The notes under the pieces were generated by a model. It saw only the letters and a list, made by a program, of their open reading frames with translations, did not search any database and was not told where the DNA came from. Positions 51,451 to 63,896 of a DNA stretch of 64,000 nt are shown one piece after another. How positions within the stretch are numbered: position 1 is the first letter of the stretch; every line of letters starts with the position of its first letter. This stretch comes from Eledone cirrhosa (lineage: Eukaryota): contig OZ024743.1 in the NCBI GenBank assembly GCA_964016885.1, positions 250,604,001 through 250,668,000 on the forward strand, in the 5' to 3' direction. The translations under genes were made by a program, and so were the position numbers.

Positions 51451-54400
51451 ACACCACACTGCACTATAGTACCACCACTGCTACCAACACCACACCACAC
51501 TGCACTATAGTACCACCACTGCTACCAACACCACACCACACTGCACTATAGTACCACCACTGCTACCAACACCACACCACACCATCGTGCACTATTGTAC
51601 CACTACTACCACCAAGACCACACCACACTGCACTATAGTACCACCTCTGCTACCAACACAACACCACACTGCACTATAGTACCACCACTGCTACCAACAC
51701 CACACCATGGTACACTATTGTACCACTACTGCCACCAACACCACACCACACTGCACTATAGTACCACTACTGCCACCAACACCACACCACACTGCACTAT
51801 AGTACCACTACTGCCACCAACACCACACCACACTGCACTATAGTACCACTACTGCTACCAACACCACACCACACAATCGTGCACTATTGTACCACTACTA
51901 CCACCAAGACCACACCACACTGCACTATAGTACCACCTATGCTACCAACACAACACCACACTGCACTATAGTACCACCACTGCTACCAACACCACACCAT
52001 GGTGCACTATTGTACCACTACTGCCACCAACACCACACCACACTGCACTATAGTACCACTACTGCCACCAACACCACAGCCCACTGCACTATTGTACCAC
52101 TACTGCCACCAACACCACACCACACTGCACTATAGTACCACTACTGCCACCAACACCACACCACACTGCAATATATAGTACCACCACTGACACCAACACC
52201 ACACCATCGTGCACTATTGTACCACTACTGCCACCAACACCACACCACACTGCACTATAGTACCACTACTGCCACCAACACCACACCACACTGCAATATA
52301 TAGTACCACCACTGACACCAACACCACACCATGGTGCACTATTGTACCATCACTGCCAACAACACCAGACCAAACTGCACTATAGTACCACCACTGCCAC
52401 CAACACCACACCACACTGCACTATAGTACCACCACTGCCACCAACACCACACCACACTGCACTATAGTACCACCACTGCTACCAACACCGCACCATCGTG
52501 CACTATTGTACCACTACTACCACCAACACCACAGCACACTGCACTATAGTACCACCTCTGCTACCAACACAACACCACACTGCACTATAGTACCACTACT
52601 GCTACCAACACCACACCACACTACACTATAGTACCACCACTGCCACCAACACCACACCACACTGCACTATAGTACCACCACTGCCACCAACACCAGACCA
52701 AACTGCACTATAGTACCACTACTGCCACCAACACCAAACCACACTGCAATATATAGTACCACCACTGCCACCAACACCACACCACACTACACTATAGTAC
52801 CACCACTGCCACCAACACCACACCACACTGCACTATAGTACCACCACTGCCACCAACACCAGACCAAACTGCACTATAGTACCACTACTGCCACCAACGC
52901 CACACTGCACTATAGTACCACTACTGCCACCAACACCAAACCACACTGCAATATATAGTACCACCACTGCCACCAACACCACACCACACTACACTATAGT
53001 ACCACCACTGCCACCAACACCACAGCACACTGCACTATAGTTCCACTACTGCCACCAACACCAAACCACACTGCACGATATTACCACCACTGCCACCAAC
53101 ACCACAGACACTGCACTCTAGTACCACTACTGCAAACAACACCAACACTACACTGCACTATAGTACCACTACTGCCACCAACACCACAGACACTGCACTC
53201 TAGTACCACTACTGCAAACAACACCACACCACACTGCACTATAGTACCACTACTGCGAACAACACCACACCACACTGCACTATAGTACCACTACTGCCAC
53301 CAACACCACACTGCACTATAGTACCACTACTGCCACCAACACCACACTGCACTATAGTACCACCACTGCCACCAACACCACACTGCACTATAGTACCACT
53401 ACTGCCACCAACACCACACTGCACTATAGTACCACTACTGCCACCAACACCACACTGCACTATAGTACCACCACTGCCACCAACACCACACTGCACTATA
53501 GTACCACTACTGCCACCAACACCACACTGCACTATAGTACCACTACTGCCACCAACACCACACCACACTGCACTATAGTACCACTACTGCCACCAACACC
53601 ACACCACACTGCACTATAGTACCACTACTGCCACCAACACCACACCATACTGCACTATAGTACCACTACTGCCACCAACACCACACTGCACTATAGTACC
53701 ACTACTGCCACCAACACCACACCACACTGCACTTTAGTACCATTACTGCCACCAACACCACACCACACTGCACTATAGTACCACTACTGCCACCAACACC
53801 ACACCACACTGCACTATAGTACCACTACTGCCACCAACACCACACCACACTGCACTATAGTACCACTACTGCCACCAACACCACACCACACTGCACTTTA
53901 GTACGACTACTGCCACCAACACCACACTGCACTATAGTACCACTACTGCCACCAACACCACACTGCACTATAGTACCACTACTGCCACCAACACCACACC
54001 ACACTGCACTATAGTACCACTACTGCCACCAACACCACACCACACTGCACTATAGTACCACTACTGCCACCAACACCACACCACACTGCACTATAGTACC
54101 ACTACTGCCACCAACACCACAGCCCACTGCACTATAGTACCACCACTGCCACCAACACCACACCACACTGCACTATAGTACCACTACTGTCACCAACACC
54201 ACACCATACTGCACTATAGTACCACTACTGCCACCAACACCACACAACACTGCACTATAGTACCACCACTGCCACCAACACCACACCACACTGCACTATA
54301 GTACCACTACTGCCACCAACACCACACCACACTGCACTATAGTACCACTACTGCCACCAACACCACAGCCCACTGCACTATAGTACCACTACTGACACCA

Positions 54401-55657
54401 ACACCACACCACACTGCACTATAGTACCACCACTGCCACCAACACCACACCACACTGCACTATAGTACCACTACTGCCACCAACACCACACCACACTGCA
54501 CTATAGTACCACTACTGCCACCAACACCACAGCCCACTGCACTATAGTACCACTACTGACACCAACACCACACCACACTGCACTATAGTACCACTACTGC
54601 CAACAACACCACACCACACTGCACTATAGTACCACTACTGCCAACAACACCAAACCACACTGCACTATAGTACCACTACTGCCACCAACACCACACCACA
54701 CTGCACTATAGTACCATTACTGCCACCAACACCACAGCCCACTGCACTATAGTACCACTACTGCCACCAACACCACACCACACTGCACTATAGTACCACT
54801 ACTGCCACCAACACCACACCACACTGCACTATTGTACCACTACTGCCACCAACACCACACAACACTGCACTATAGTACCACCACTGCCACCAACACCACA
54901 CCACACTGCACTATAGTACCACTACTGCCACCAACACCACACCACACTGCACTATAGTACCACTACTGCCACCAACACCACAGCCCACTGCACTATAGTA
55001 CCACTACTGCCACCAACACCACACCACACTGCACTATAGTACCACTACTGCCACCAACACCACACCATACTGCACTATAGTACCACTACTGCCACCAACA
55101 CCACACAACACTGCACTATAGTACCACCACTGCCACCAACACCACACCACACTGCACTATAGTACCACTACTGCCACCAACACCACACCACACTGCACTA
55201 TAGTACCACTACTGCCACCAACACCACAGCCCACTGCACTATAGTACCACTACTGACACCAACACCACACCACACTGCACTATAGTACCACTACTGCCAC
55301 CAACACCACACCACACTGCACTATAGTTCTACTACTGCCACCAACACCACACCACACTGCACTATTGTACCACTACTACCACCAACACCACACCACATTG
55401 CACTATAGTACCACTACTGCCAACAACACCACACCACACTGCACTATAGTACCACTACTGCCACCAACACCAGACCACACTGCACAATAGTACCATTACT
55501 GCCAACAACACCACACCACATTGCACTATAGTACCACTACTGCCAACAACACCACACCACACTGCACTATAGTACCACTACTGCCACCAACACCAGACCA
55601 CACTGCACAATAGTACCATTACTGCCAACAACACCACACCACACTGCACTATAGTAC
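51451..55657. repeat. 41-bp satellite Sat-B1 (ACCACACTGCACTATAGTACCACTACTGCCACCAACACCAC) with 36/42/46-bp variants
   Basis: About 100 tandem copies seen directly. Each contains the palindrome ACTATAGT. A block of 36-bp units lies at ~53270-53560. Confidence 0.98.
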
Positions 55658-56052
55658 TGTAGCGGTTGTCTCCCTTGTTGTGACTCACAACCCCAATAGA
55701 TTAACAACATCTAGACGGGAAGTAGAACCCTTTCTGTAACTTCCGGTAGAGCCCTATAAAACGAATAGCCTTCGGCTCTCTCCCTCTCATTTGCCCTTCC
55801 GGCGCCTGGCCTTAGCCAGGCGTCTTCTGCCAGCCGCGTTTGCCTGGCAATCAAAACGGTAACTACTAACTTTGCTTCATTCTATCATCTATTACTTTGA
55901 CATGTCAACTATACTGTTCTATATATATCCATGATTGTTAATTAAATATTATACACACAAACCATGTCTCCTTGTTACATTCATACAACCCAGTATCTTC
56001 GCTATATTGGTAACCCTGACGTGATACGAACACGCAGCCGTTCATCGCTATA
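55658..56052 (+). mobile_element. Solo LTR-like element (395 bp), probably Ty3/Gypsy type
   Basis: Starts TGTAGCG and ends CGCTATA (a perfect inverse would be CGCTACA). 4-bp TSD GTAC at 55654-55657 and 56053-56056. TATAAAA at 55755-55761 and ATTAAA at 55941-55946 are in U3-R-U5 order. Confidence 0.8.
55755..55824 (+). promoter_or_regulatory. Putative LTR TATA box with a downstream GC-rich hairpin
   Basis: TATAAAA at 55755. GGCGCCTGGC-CTTA-GCCAGGCGTC (55801-55824) forms a 10-bp stem with one G-T pair, ~40 nt downstream. Confidence 0.5.
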
Positions 56053-59000
56053 GTACCAGTACTGCCACCAACACCAGACAATGGCATACAATAGTACTAC
56101 TACTACCACCAACACCTCACTATGCCATAAAATAGTACTACTACTTCCACCAACACATCACTCTGGCATACAATAGTACTACTACTGCCACTAACACCAC
56201 ACTATGGCATACAATAGTACTACTACTTCTACCAACACCTCACTATGTCATACAATAGTACTACTACTGCCACTAACACCACACTATGGCATACAATAGT
56301 ACTACTACTGCTACCAACACATCACTCTGGCATACAATAGTACTACTACTGCCACTAACACCACACTATGGCATACAATAGTACTACTACTGCTACCAAC
56401 ACTTCACTATGGCATACAATAGTACTACTACTGCCACTAACACCACACTATGGCATACAATAGTACTATTACTGCCACTAACACCACATTATGGCATACA
56501 ATAGTACTACTACTGCTACCAACACTTCACTATGGCATACAATAGTACTACTACTGCAACTAACACCACACTATGGCATACAATAGTACTATTACTGCCA
56601 CTAACACCACACTATGGCATACAATAGTACTACTACTGTCACTAACACCACACTATGGCATACCATAGTACTACTACTGCCACTAACACCACACTATGGC
56701 ATACAATAGTACTACTACTGCTACCAACACCTCACTATGGCATACAATAGTAATACTACTGCCACCAACACCTCACTATGGTATACAATAGTAGTACTAC
56801 TGCCACTAACACCATACTATGGCATGCAATAGTACTACTACTGCCACTAACACCATACTATGGCATACAATAGTACTACTACTGCCACTAACACCACACT
56901 ATGGCATACCATAGTACAACTACTGCCACTAACACCACACTATGGCATACAATAGTACTACTACTGTCACTAACACCACACTATGGCATACAATAGTACT
57001 ACTACTGACACTAACACCACAGTATGGCATACCATAGTACTACTACTGCCACTAACACCTCACTATGGTATACAATAGTAGTACTACTGCCACTAACACC
57101 ATACTATGGCATGCAATAGTACTACTACTGCCACTAACACCATACTATGGCATACAATAGTACTACTACTGCTACCAACACCTCACTATGGCATACAATA
57201 GTACTACTACTGTCACCAACACCACACTATGGCATACAATAGTACTACTACTCCCAGCAACACCACACTATGGCATACAATAGTACTACTACTGCCACCA
57301 ACACATCACTATGGTATACAATAGTAGTACTACTGCCACTAACACCATACTATGGCATGCAATAGTACTACTACTGCCACTAACACAAGACTATGGTATA
57401 CAATAGTACTACTACTGCTACCAACACCTCACTATGGCATACAATAGTACTACTACTGCCACCAACACCACACTATGGCATACAATAGTATTACTACTGC
57501 CACCAACACATCACTATGGCATACAATAGTACTACTACTACCACCAACACCACACTATGGTATACAATAGTACTACTACTGCCACTAACACCACACTATG
57601 ACATATAATAGTACTACTACTCCCATCAACACCTCAGTATGGCATACAATAGTACTACTACTGCCACCAACACATCACTATGGCATACCATAGTACTACA
57701 ACTGCCACCAACACCTCACTATGGCATACAATAGTACTACTACTACAACTAACACCTCTCTATGGCATACTATAGTACTACTACTGTCACCAACACCACA
57801 CTATGGCATACAATAGTACTACTACTGCCACCAACACCACACTATGGCATACAATAGTACTACTACTACAACTAAAACCTCACTATGGCATACAATAGTA
57901 CTACAACTGCCACCAACACCTCACTATGGCATACAATAGTACTACTACTACAACTAACACCTCTCTATGGCATACAATAGTACTACTACTGTCACCAACA
58001 CCACACTATGGCATACAATAGTACTACTACTGTCACCAACACCACACCATGGCATACAATAGTACTACTACTGCCAGCAACACCACACCATGGCATACAA
58101 TAGTACTACTACTGCTACCAACACCACACTATGGCATTCAATAGTACTACTACTGCCACTAACACGACACTATGGCATACAATAGTACTACTACTGCCAT
58201 CAACACCACACTATGGCATACAATAGTACTACTACTGCCACCAACACAAGACTATGGCATACAATAGTACTACTACTGCCACCGACACCACACTATGGCA
58301 TACAATAGTACTACTACTGCTACCAACACCACACTATGGCATACAATAGTACTACTACTGCCACTAACACAACACTATGGCATACAATAGGACTACTACT
58401 GCCACCAACACAAGACTATGGCATACAATAGTACTACTACTACTACCAACACCACACTATGGCATTCAATAGTACTACTACTGCCACTAACACAACACTA
58501 TGGCATACAATAGTACTACTACTGCCACCAACACAAGACTATGGCATACAATAGTACTACTACTGCTACCAACACCACACTATGGCATACAATAGTACTA
58601 CTACTGCCACCAACACAAGACTATGGCATACAATAGTACTACTACTGCCACCGACACCACACTATGGCATACAATAGTACTACTACTGCTACCAACACCA
58701 CACTATGGCATACAATAGTACTACTACTGCCACCAACACAAGACTATGGCATACAATAGTACTACTACTGCCACCGACACCACACTATGGCATACAATAG
58801 TACTACTACTGCTACCAACACCACACTATGGCATACAATAGTACTACTACTGCCACTAACACAACACTATGGCATACAATAGTACTACTACTGCCACCAA
58901 CACAAGACTATGGCATACAATAGTACTACTACTACTACCAACACCACACCATGGCATACAATAGTACTACTACTGCTACCAACACCACACTATGGCATTC

Positions 59001-60290
59001 AATAGTACTACTACTGCCACCAACACAAGACTATGGCATACAATAGTACTACTACTGCCACCGACACCACACTATGGCATACAATAGTACTACTACTGCC
59101 ACCGACACCACACTATGGCATACAATAGTACTACTACTGCTACCAACACCACACTATGGCATACAATAGTACTACTACTGCCACTAACACAACACTATGG
59201 CATACAATAGTACTACTACTGCTACCAACACCACACTATGGCATACAATAGTACTACTACTGCCACTGACACCACACTATGGCATACAATAGTACTACTA
59301 CTGCTACCAACACCACACTATGGCATACAATAGTACTACTACTGCCAGCAACACCACACTATGGCATACAATAGTACTACTACTGCCACTAACACGACAC
59401 TATGGCATACAATAGTACTACTACTGCCACTAACACCACACTATGGCATACAATAGTACTACTACTGCCACCGACACCACACTATGGCATACAATAGTAC
59501 TACTACTGCCACCGACACCACACTATGGCATACAATAGTACTACTACTGCTACCAACACCACACTATGGCATACAATAGTACTACTACTGCCACTAACAC
59601 AACACTATGGCATACAATAGTACTACTACTGCTACCAACACCACACTATGGCATACAATAGTACTACTACTGCCACTGACACCACACTATGGCATACAAT
59701 AGTACTACTACTGCTACCAACACCACACTATGGCATACAATAGTACTACTACTGCCACCAACACCACACTATGGCATACAATAGTACTACTACTGCTACC
59801 AACACCTCACTATGGTGCACAATAGTAGTACTACTGCCACTAACACCACACTATGGCATACAATAGTACTACTACTGCTACCAACACATCACTCTGGCAT
59901 ACAATAGTACTACTACTGCCACCAACACCACACTATGGCATACAATAGTACTACTACTACTGCCACCAACACCACACTATGGCATACAATAGTACTACTA
60001 CTGCCACCGACACCACACTATGGCATACAATAGTACTACTACTACTGCCACCAACACCACACCATGGTGCACAATAGTGCCACTACTACCATGAAAACCA
60101 CACCATGGTACACCATAATATCACTACTGCCCCCAACACCCCACCATGATGCACTGTAGTAGAACAATTGTCACCAACATGACACTATGACATACCATAG
60201 TACCACTATTCCCACTAACACCACACCATGGTGATCTGCCGAACCTCTACTACTATGAAAACCACACTGTACTAAAGTACCACTACTGCC
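56053..60290. repeat. 41-bp satellite Sat-B2 (ACTATGGCATACAATAGTACTACTACTGCCAC[C/T]AACACCAC)
   Basis: About 100 tandem copies, almost invariant in length. Each contains the palindrome TAGTACTA. The array degenerates from ~60060. Confidence 0.98.
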
Positions 60291-60556
60291 ACCAAAACCC
60301 TACCACCACTGTCGTACCGCCACTGTGCCACCACACCATCACCACATCATAGCACAACCACACTAATATGTCACCATACCACATTGTTATCATCCCAAGC
60401 ACCAACACCAACCACCAGTACTACTACCATAGCTACCAATAGTGCTAACACTACCAACACTACCACCAGTATTACTAATATTACCACTACCACACGTACT
60501 CTATCACTAACTATCACTACCATATTAACATCACCACTATCACTGTAACTACTATC
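60290..60556. repeat. Degenerate (CAC/TAC)n low-complexity tract
   Basis: Seen directly; grades out of Sat-B2. Confidence 0.85.
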
Positions 60557-60569
60557 CTGAACTAGTGAG

Positions 60570-60770
60570 AGAGCCTCTATGTAGTTGTCTAATCTGTTAG
60601 AAATAGCAGCAAAATCTCCTCAAATCACACCCATTGTCCCATCTTAGAAAATGACAGTTTGGAAAATGTGGTTGTTGTGTCCCTTGTACAAAGAGAAAAT
60701 ATGGGATAGTAATGGGGGAGGTTGGAATGTTTGGATCGTATGTTTGCTTAGTCAAAGCTGACCTAGGAGA
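60570..60770 (+). mobile_element. Probable old interspersed-repeat (SINE 3' region) fragment
   Basis: AGAAATAGCAGCAAAATCTCCTCAAATCACACC...AAAGCTGACCTAGG resembles a common octopus repeat recalled from memory. No second copy in the window. Confidence 0.35.
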
Positions 60771-61060
60771 AAGTGTAGAAAAAATAAATTTTTTTCTACA
60801 TTTTCTCCTACTCACACTCTCCATTATATTTAGTTTGTCATGTTAGTACTTATGGTATATAAATATTGAGTTTTGTTGTAATTAATCACTGCCAAGACTG
60901 GAATTGAACCATAAGCACAGTTGAGGTATGTCATACATCAATTTATATATTTTATCTGATGAGGGCGTACTGAAAAAACAGCACAGTACCTCTGAAATAT
61001 ATATAATAAAATATATTTTGATTACGTGAATGTCTATATTTATTAATATTTTGAATTAAT

Positions 61061-61064
<4 letters not shown>

Positions 61065-61109
<45 letters not shown>
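61065..61109. repeat. (TA)n microsatellite
   Basis: Seen directly. Confidence 0.97.
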
Positions 61110-61113
<4 letters not shown>

Positions 61114-61460
61114 GTAAAGACCCCCCCCACACACACACACACTTTGGTCATGAATGACCATGGGATTTGCACCTAGAATGTTCCCCTCCAAAGCACAAGT
61201 CTGAGCAACATTGTTTGTGGAAGACCAGCAATCGATCATACATACCAATCTCCCCTCTCCATTCCACCAATGTTGTCCAAGGGAAAGGCAAAGGCCAACA
61301 CACCGGTGACATCTCAACTCATTTCTACAGTTGAGACAACTGGAGCAACATGAAAATAAAGTGTCTTGCTCAAGGACACAATGCATCACCAGATCCAAGA
61401 ATCAAACTCACCTCATGATTATAAGCCCGATGGTCTAACCACTGAACCATGCACCTTCAC
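61110..61460 (-). mobile_element. tRNA-derived SINE (CORE/V-like central block)
   Basis: Minus-strand head GTGAAGGTGCATGGTTCAGTGGTTAGACC (A box), GAGTTTGATTC (degenerate B box), then GTGTCCTTGAGCAAGACACTT. The tail ends at a (TA)n tract. Confidence 0.75.
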
Positions 61461-61539
61461 ATATATTTATATATAAAATTATCATCATCATTTTACATTC
61501 ATTTTTCTATGCTTACATATGTATATACGATGGAATTCT

Positions 61540-61672
61540 GTATGGTTTTCATCCACCAAATTTCTCCAATGAAGCAATGATCAAACCAGCTCGAGATTAT
61601 AGTTGTAGACTCTTGCCCAAAATTTTACATAACCAAGTGGTTAGGAAGTGATTTCCTTAACCACACAACCAT
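61540..61672 (-). mobile_element. Degraded SINE relic related to 47505-47763
   Basis: Minus strand TGTGGTTAAGGAAATCACTTCCTAACCAC...TTGGGCAAGAGTCTAC...TTTGGTGGATGAAAAC. Confidence 0.5.
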
Positions 61673-62343
61673 TATCATTGTTTTTACATTCACTCTTCTA
61701 TACTGGTATTTGGTTTGGACAGAAGGATTTGAGACAATGCTGTACATGCTACATGATGCCCTTCCTGCTGCCAACCCTATACAACATGAAGAGATATATT
61801 GAATCTATTCTAAAAAATCGGGATACACATGCTTATTCAATATGTATAAATACAGGCCCTGTATTGAAACAGGTTAACTGCTATGAATGTAAAAAAAAAA
61901 AATTGATAATTCCTAAAAAAGCAGAAAAAACATTGTCCCCAAGTGAGCCATCAAATGTCTGTGTTTTGGCACATGACAAAAACAAAAATAAAAGTAAACG
62001 AAGAAAAACACAAATTGTCAATGATGAAATCTTGAGAAAGGCAAACAATTCTTATTTGTATTGATTCTGATCTTTGCAATATACTAACATAGGACACTCA
62101 TAGCTATCTATAATTTACATAAAATAATATATCTTATATTCGAAAGTCCAGTCACAATCTTTTTAAAATGATGGATAGCTTTCCAAAGAGAATGTAAATA
62201 TAATGCTATTTGATCTCTCAGGTGAGAAAATGGTTTAATGTTTTTTTCTGTCATTTAAATATATGAAATTTAATGTCGCCAAAAAGAAAAAAAAGTTCTT
62301 TTAACCTTTCTAAATGCTTTTATAGAATTTTCTCCATAACAGC

Positions 62344-63090
62344 TTAACCATTTTAACACCAAAACACCTGAAACTACTTCTCATTCTATAATATGAACCT
62401 ATTTATAGTTATCTAAAAATCTTCCACCATAATTGAGAACCATTGTTAAGATATATTTCAAACACTAACTCAATAACAAGAAAGACAGTTCAAATTGGAT
62501 CATATCAAATCGATCGACAAGATCCCAAACCTCATTTGTTTACTGAGTGGAGTGGAACTTGTCAAATTGGACCAAGGAAACAATGTTTCCATTGATATTT
62601 CCATTGCTGACACTCTCTACCATTTGCAACTACTGGCAGAAAGAGCAATGTGAAATAAATTGTCATACTCAAAAATATAATGCATCGTCTAGTCTAGGAA
62701 TTGAACTCACAACCTCACAATTGCAAATCCAATTCTCAAACCTTCACAAAGATAGTTATATTACAAAATCCCTCCAAATACTTGACTATTTTCAAGATTA
62801 TTTGAAAATCATAGGCATTGTCTTTCATTAGATATATGGTAATAAAAGAGTTACATATAATTTTCCCCATAACAGCTTAACCCTATTGATACCAAACTAC
62901 TTGAATCTACTCTTGGTTCTATGATACAAAACTGTTTATTTTAAGGTGCTTATATTTATCTAAAAACCCTCTACCAGAATGTTATGTAAGAACCTTTGTT
63001 CCAAACACAAGAATTATTCTTGTTTATTTTAAAACTTGTTTGAAAATCATAGGCAGCGTTTTTACTTAGCTGTACAATAGTAGAGAGTTA
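62344..63090 (+). mobile_element. Two tandem degraded TTAA-flanked MITE-like copies (62344-62853, interrupted by a SINE fragment at ~62500-62745; and 62877-63090)
   Basis: CCATAACAGCTTAACC occurs at ~62334 and ~62867. TTTGAAAATCATAGGCA...AGAGTTACATATAAT occurs at ~62801 and ~63039 (238-bp offset). Ends resemble TTAACCCT...A(G)GGTTAA piggyBac-type termini. Confidence 0.55.
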
Positions 63091-63229
63091 CATATAATCT
63101 TCTCCAAACCAACTGAACCTACTACTATGATAATAAATGGGTTCAATAAAGGCAACATATCCCATTTGTCAGGTATTTATCAGCTGAAAGGCATATATAG
63201 ATCCACATAAAAAATTAATTATATATAAG

Positions 63230-63390
63230 GGTTTCTGATTTAGGCATAAGGCCTACAACTTTGGTGGGAGGGAAAAATTGATTAAACCGATCCCAGTACA
63301 TCACTGGTACTTTATTTTATCAACCCCGTAAGGATGAAAAGCAAAGTTAACCTTGGTCAGGCTTGTACTCAGAATGTAAAAGGCTGTGCC
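63230..63390 (-). mobile_element. Diverged SINE copy (family of 47904-48117)
   Basis: CTGGTACTTTATTTTATCAACCCCGTAAGGATGAAAAGCAAAGTTAACCTTGG. Confidence 0.8.
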
Positions 63391-63407
63391 AAATGGGTTC
63401 TAGTGTA

Positions 63408-63560
63408 ACCACAAGAACAGCATTTTCAGGAGAACAGTAAACCAATTAAATCAACCCAGTATTTGACAGGTACTTGATTTTATTGATGCTGGACAGAAGA
63501 AAAGTAAAGTTGACCTTGGCTGGATTTGAACACAGAATATAAAGAGCTGGAATGAATGTT
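63408..63560 (-). mobile_element. Second adjacent, older SINE copy (same family)
   Basis: AACCCAGTATTTGACAGGTACTTGATTTTATTGATG...AAAGTTGACCTTGGCTGGATTTGAACACAGAAT. Confidence 0.7.
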
Positions 63561-63804
63561 GTTATGTATTATATATGAATATAGATAGGTATTTTTATTT
63601 ATTTATTTATATATTTATGTATGTATAATTTTTTAGACCACATACAATTTCTTTATGCTTGCACGCGCACACACACTCACATCCATACAGGTGTGTGTGT
63701 TTGTATGCATGTGTATGTATGTGTGTATGGGAGTGTATTAATAAACATGCATACCTATAGAGCTAATTTGGTTTCATTTGTAAACTACATAAACAAACAA
63801 GCAA

Positions 63805-63816
63805 TCACACATATTT

Positions 63817-63859
<43 letters not shown>

Positions 63860-63896
63860 CGCATACATGTATAGAGAGAGATAGAGAGAAAGAGAG
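63805..63896. repeat. Compound (CA)n(TA)n(GA)n microsatellite
   Basis: Seen directly. Confidence 0.9.

Noticed and set aside
53239-53568. Repeat protein (GGSSGTIVQCGV)n
   Set aside because: Open only because a local block of Sat-B1 units is 36 bp long; no splice or start context, and flanking 41-bp units break the frame.
60597-63884. Short ORFs in the right-hand 3.4 kb
   Set aside because: They overlap SINE/MITE relics and microsatellites and have no recognisable domains.
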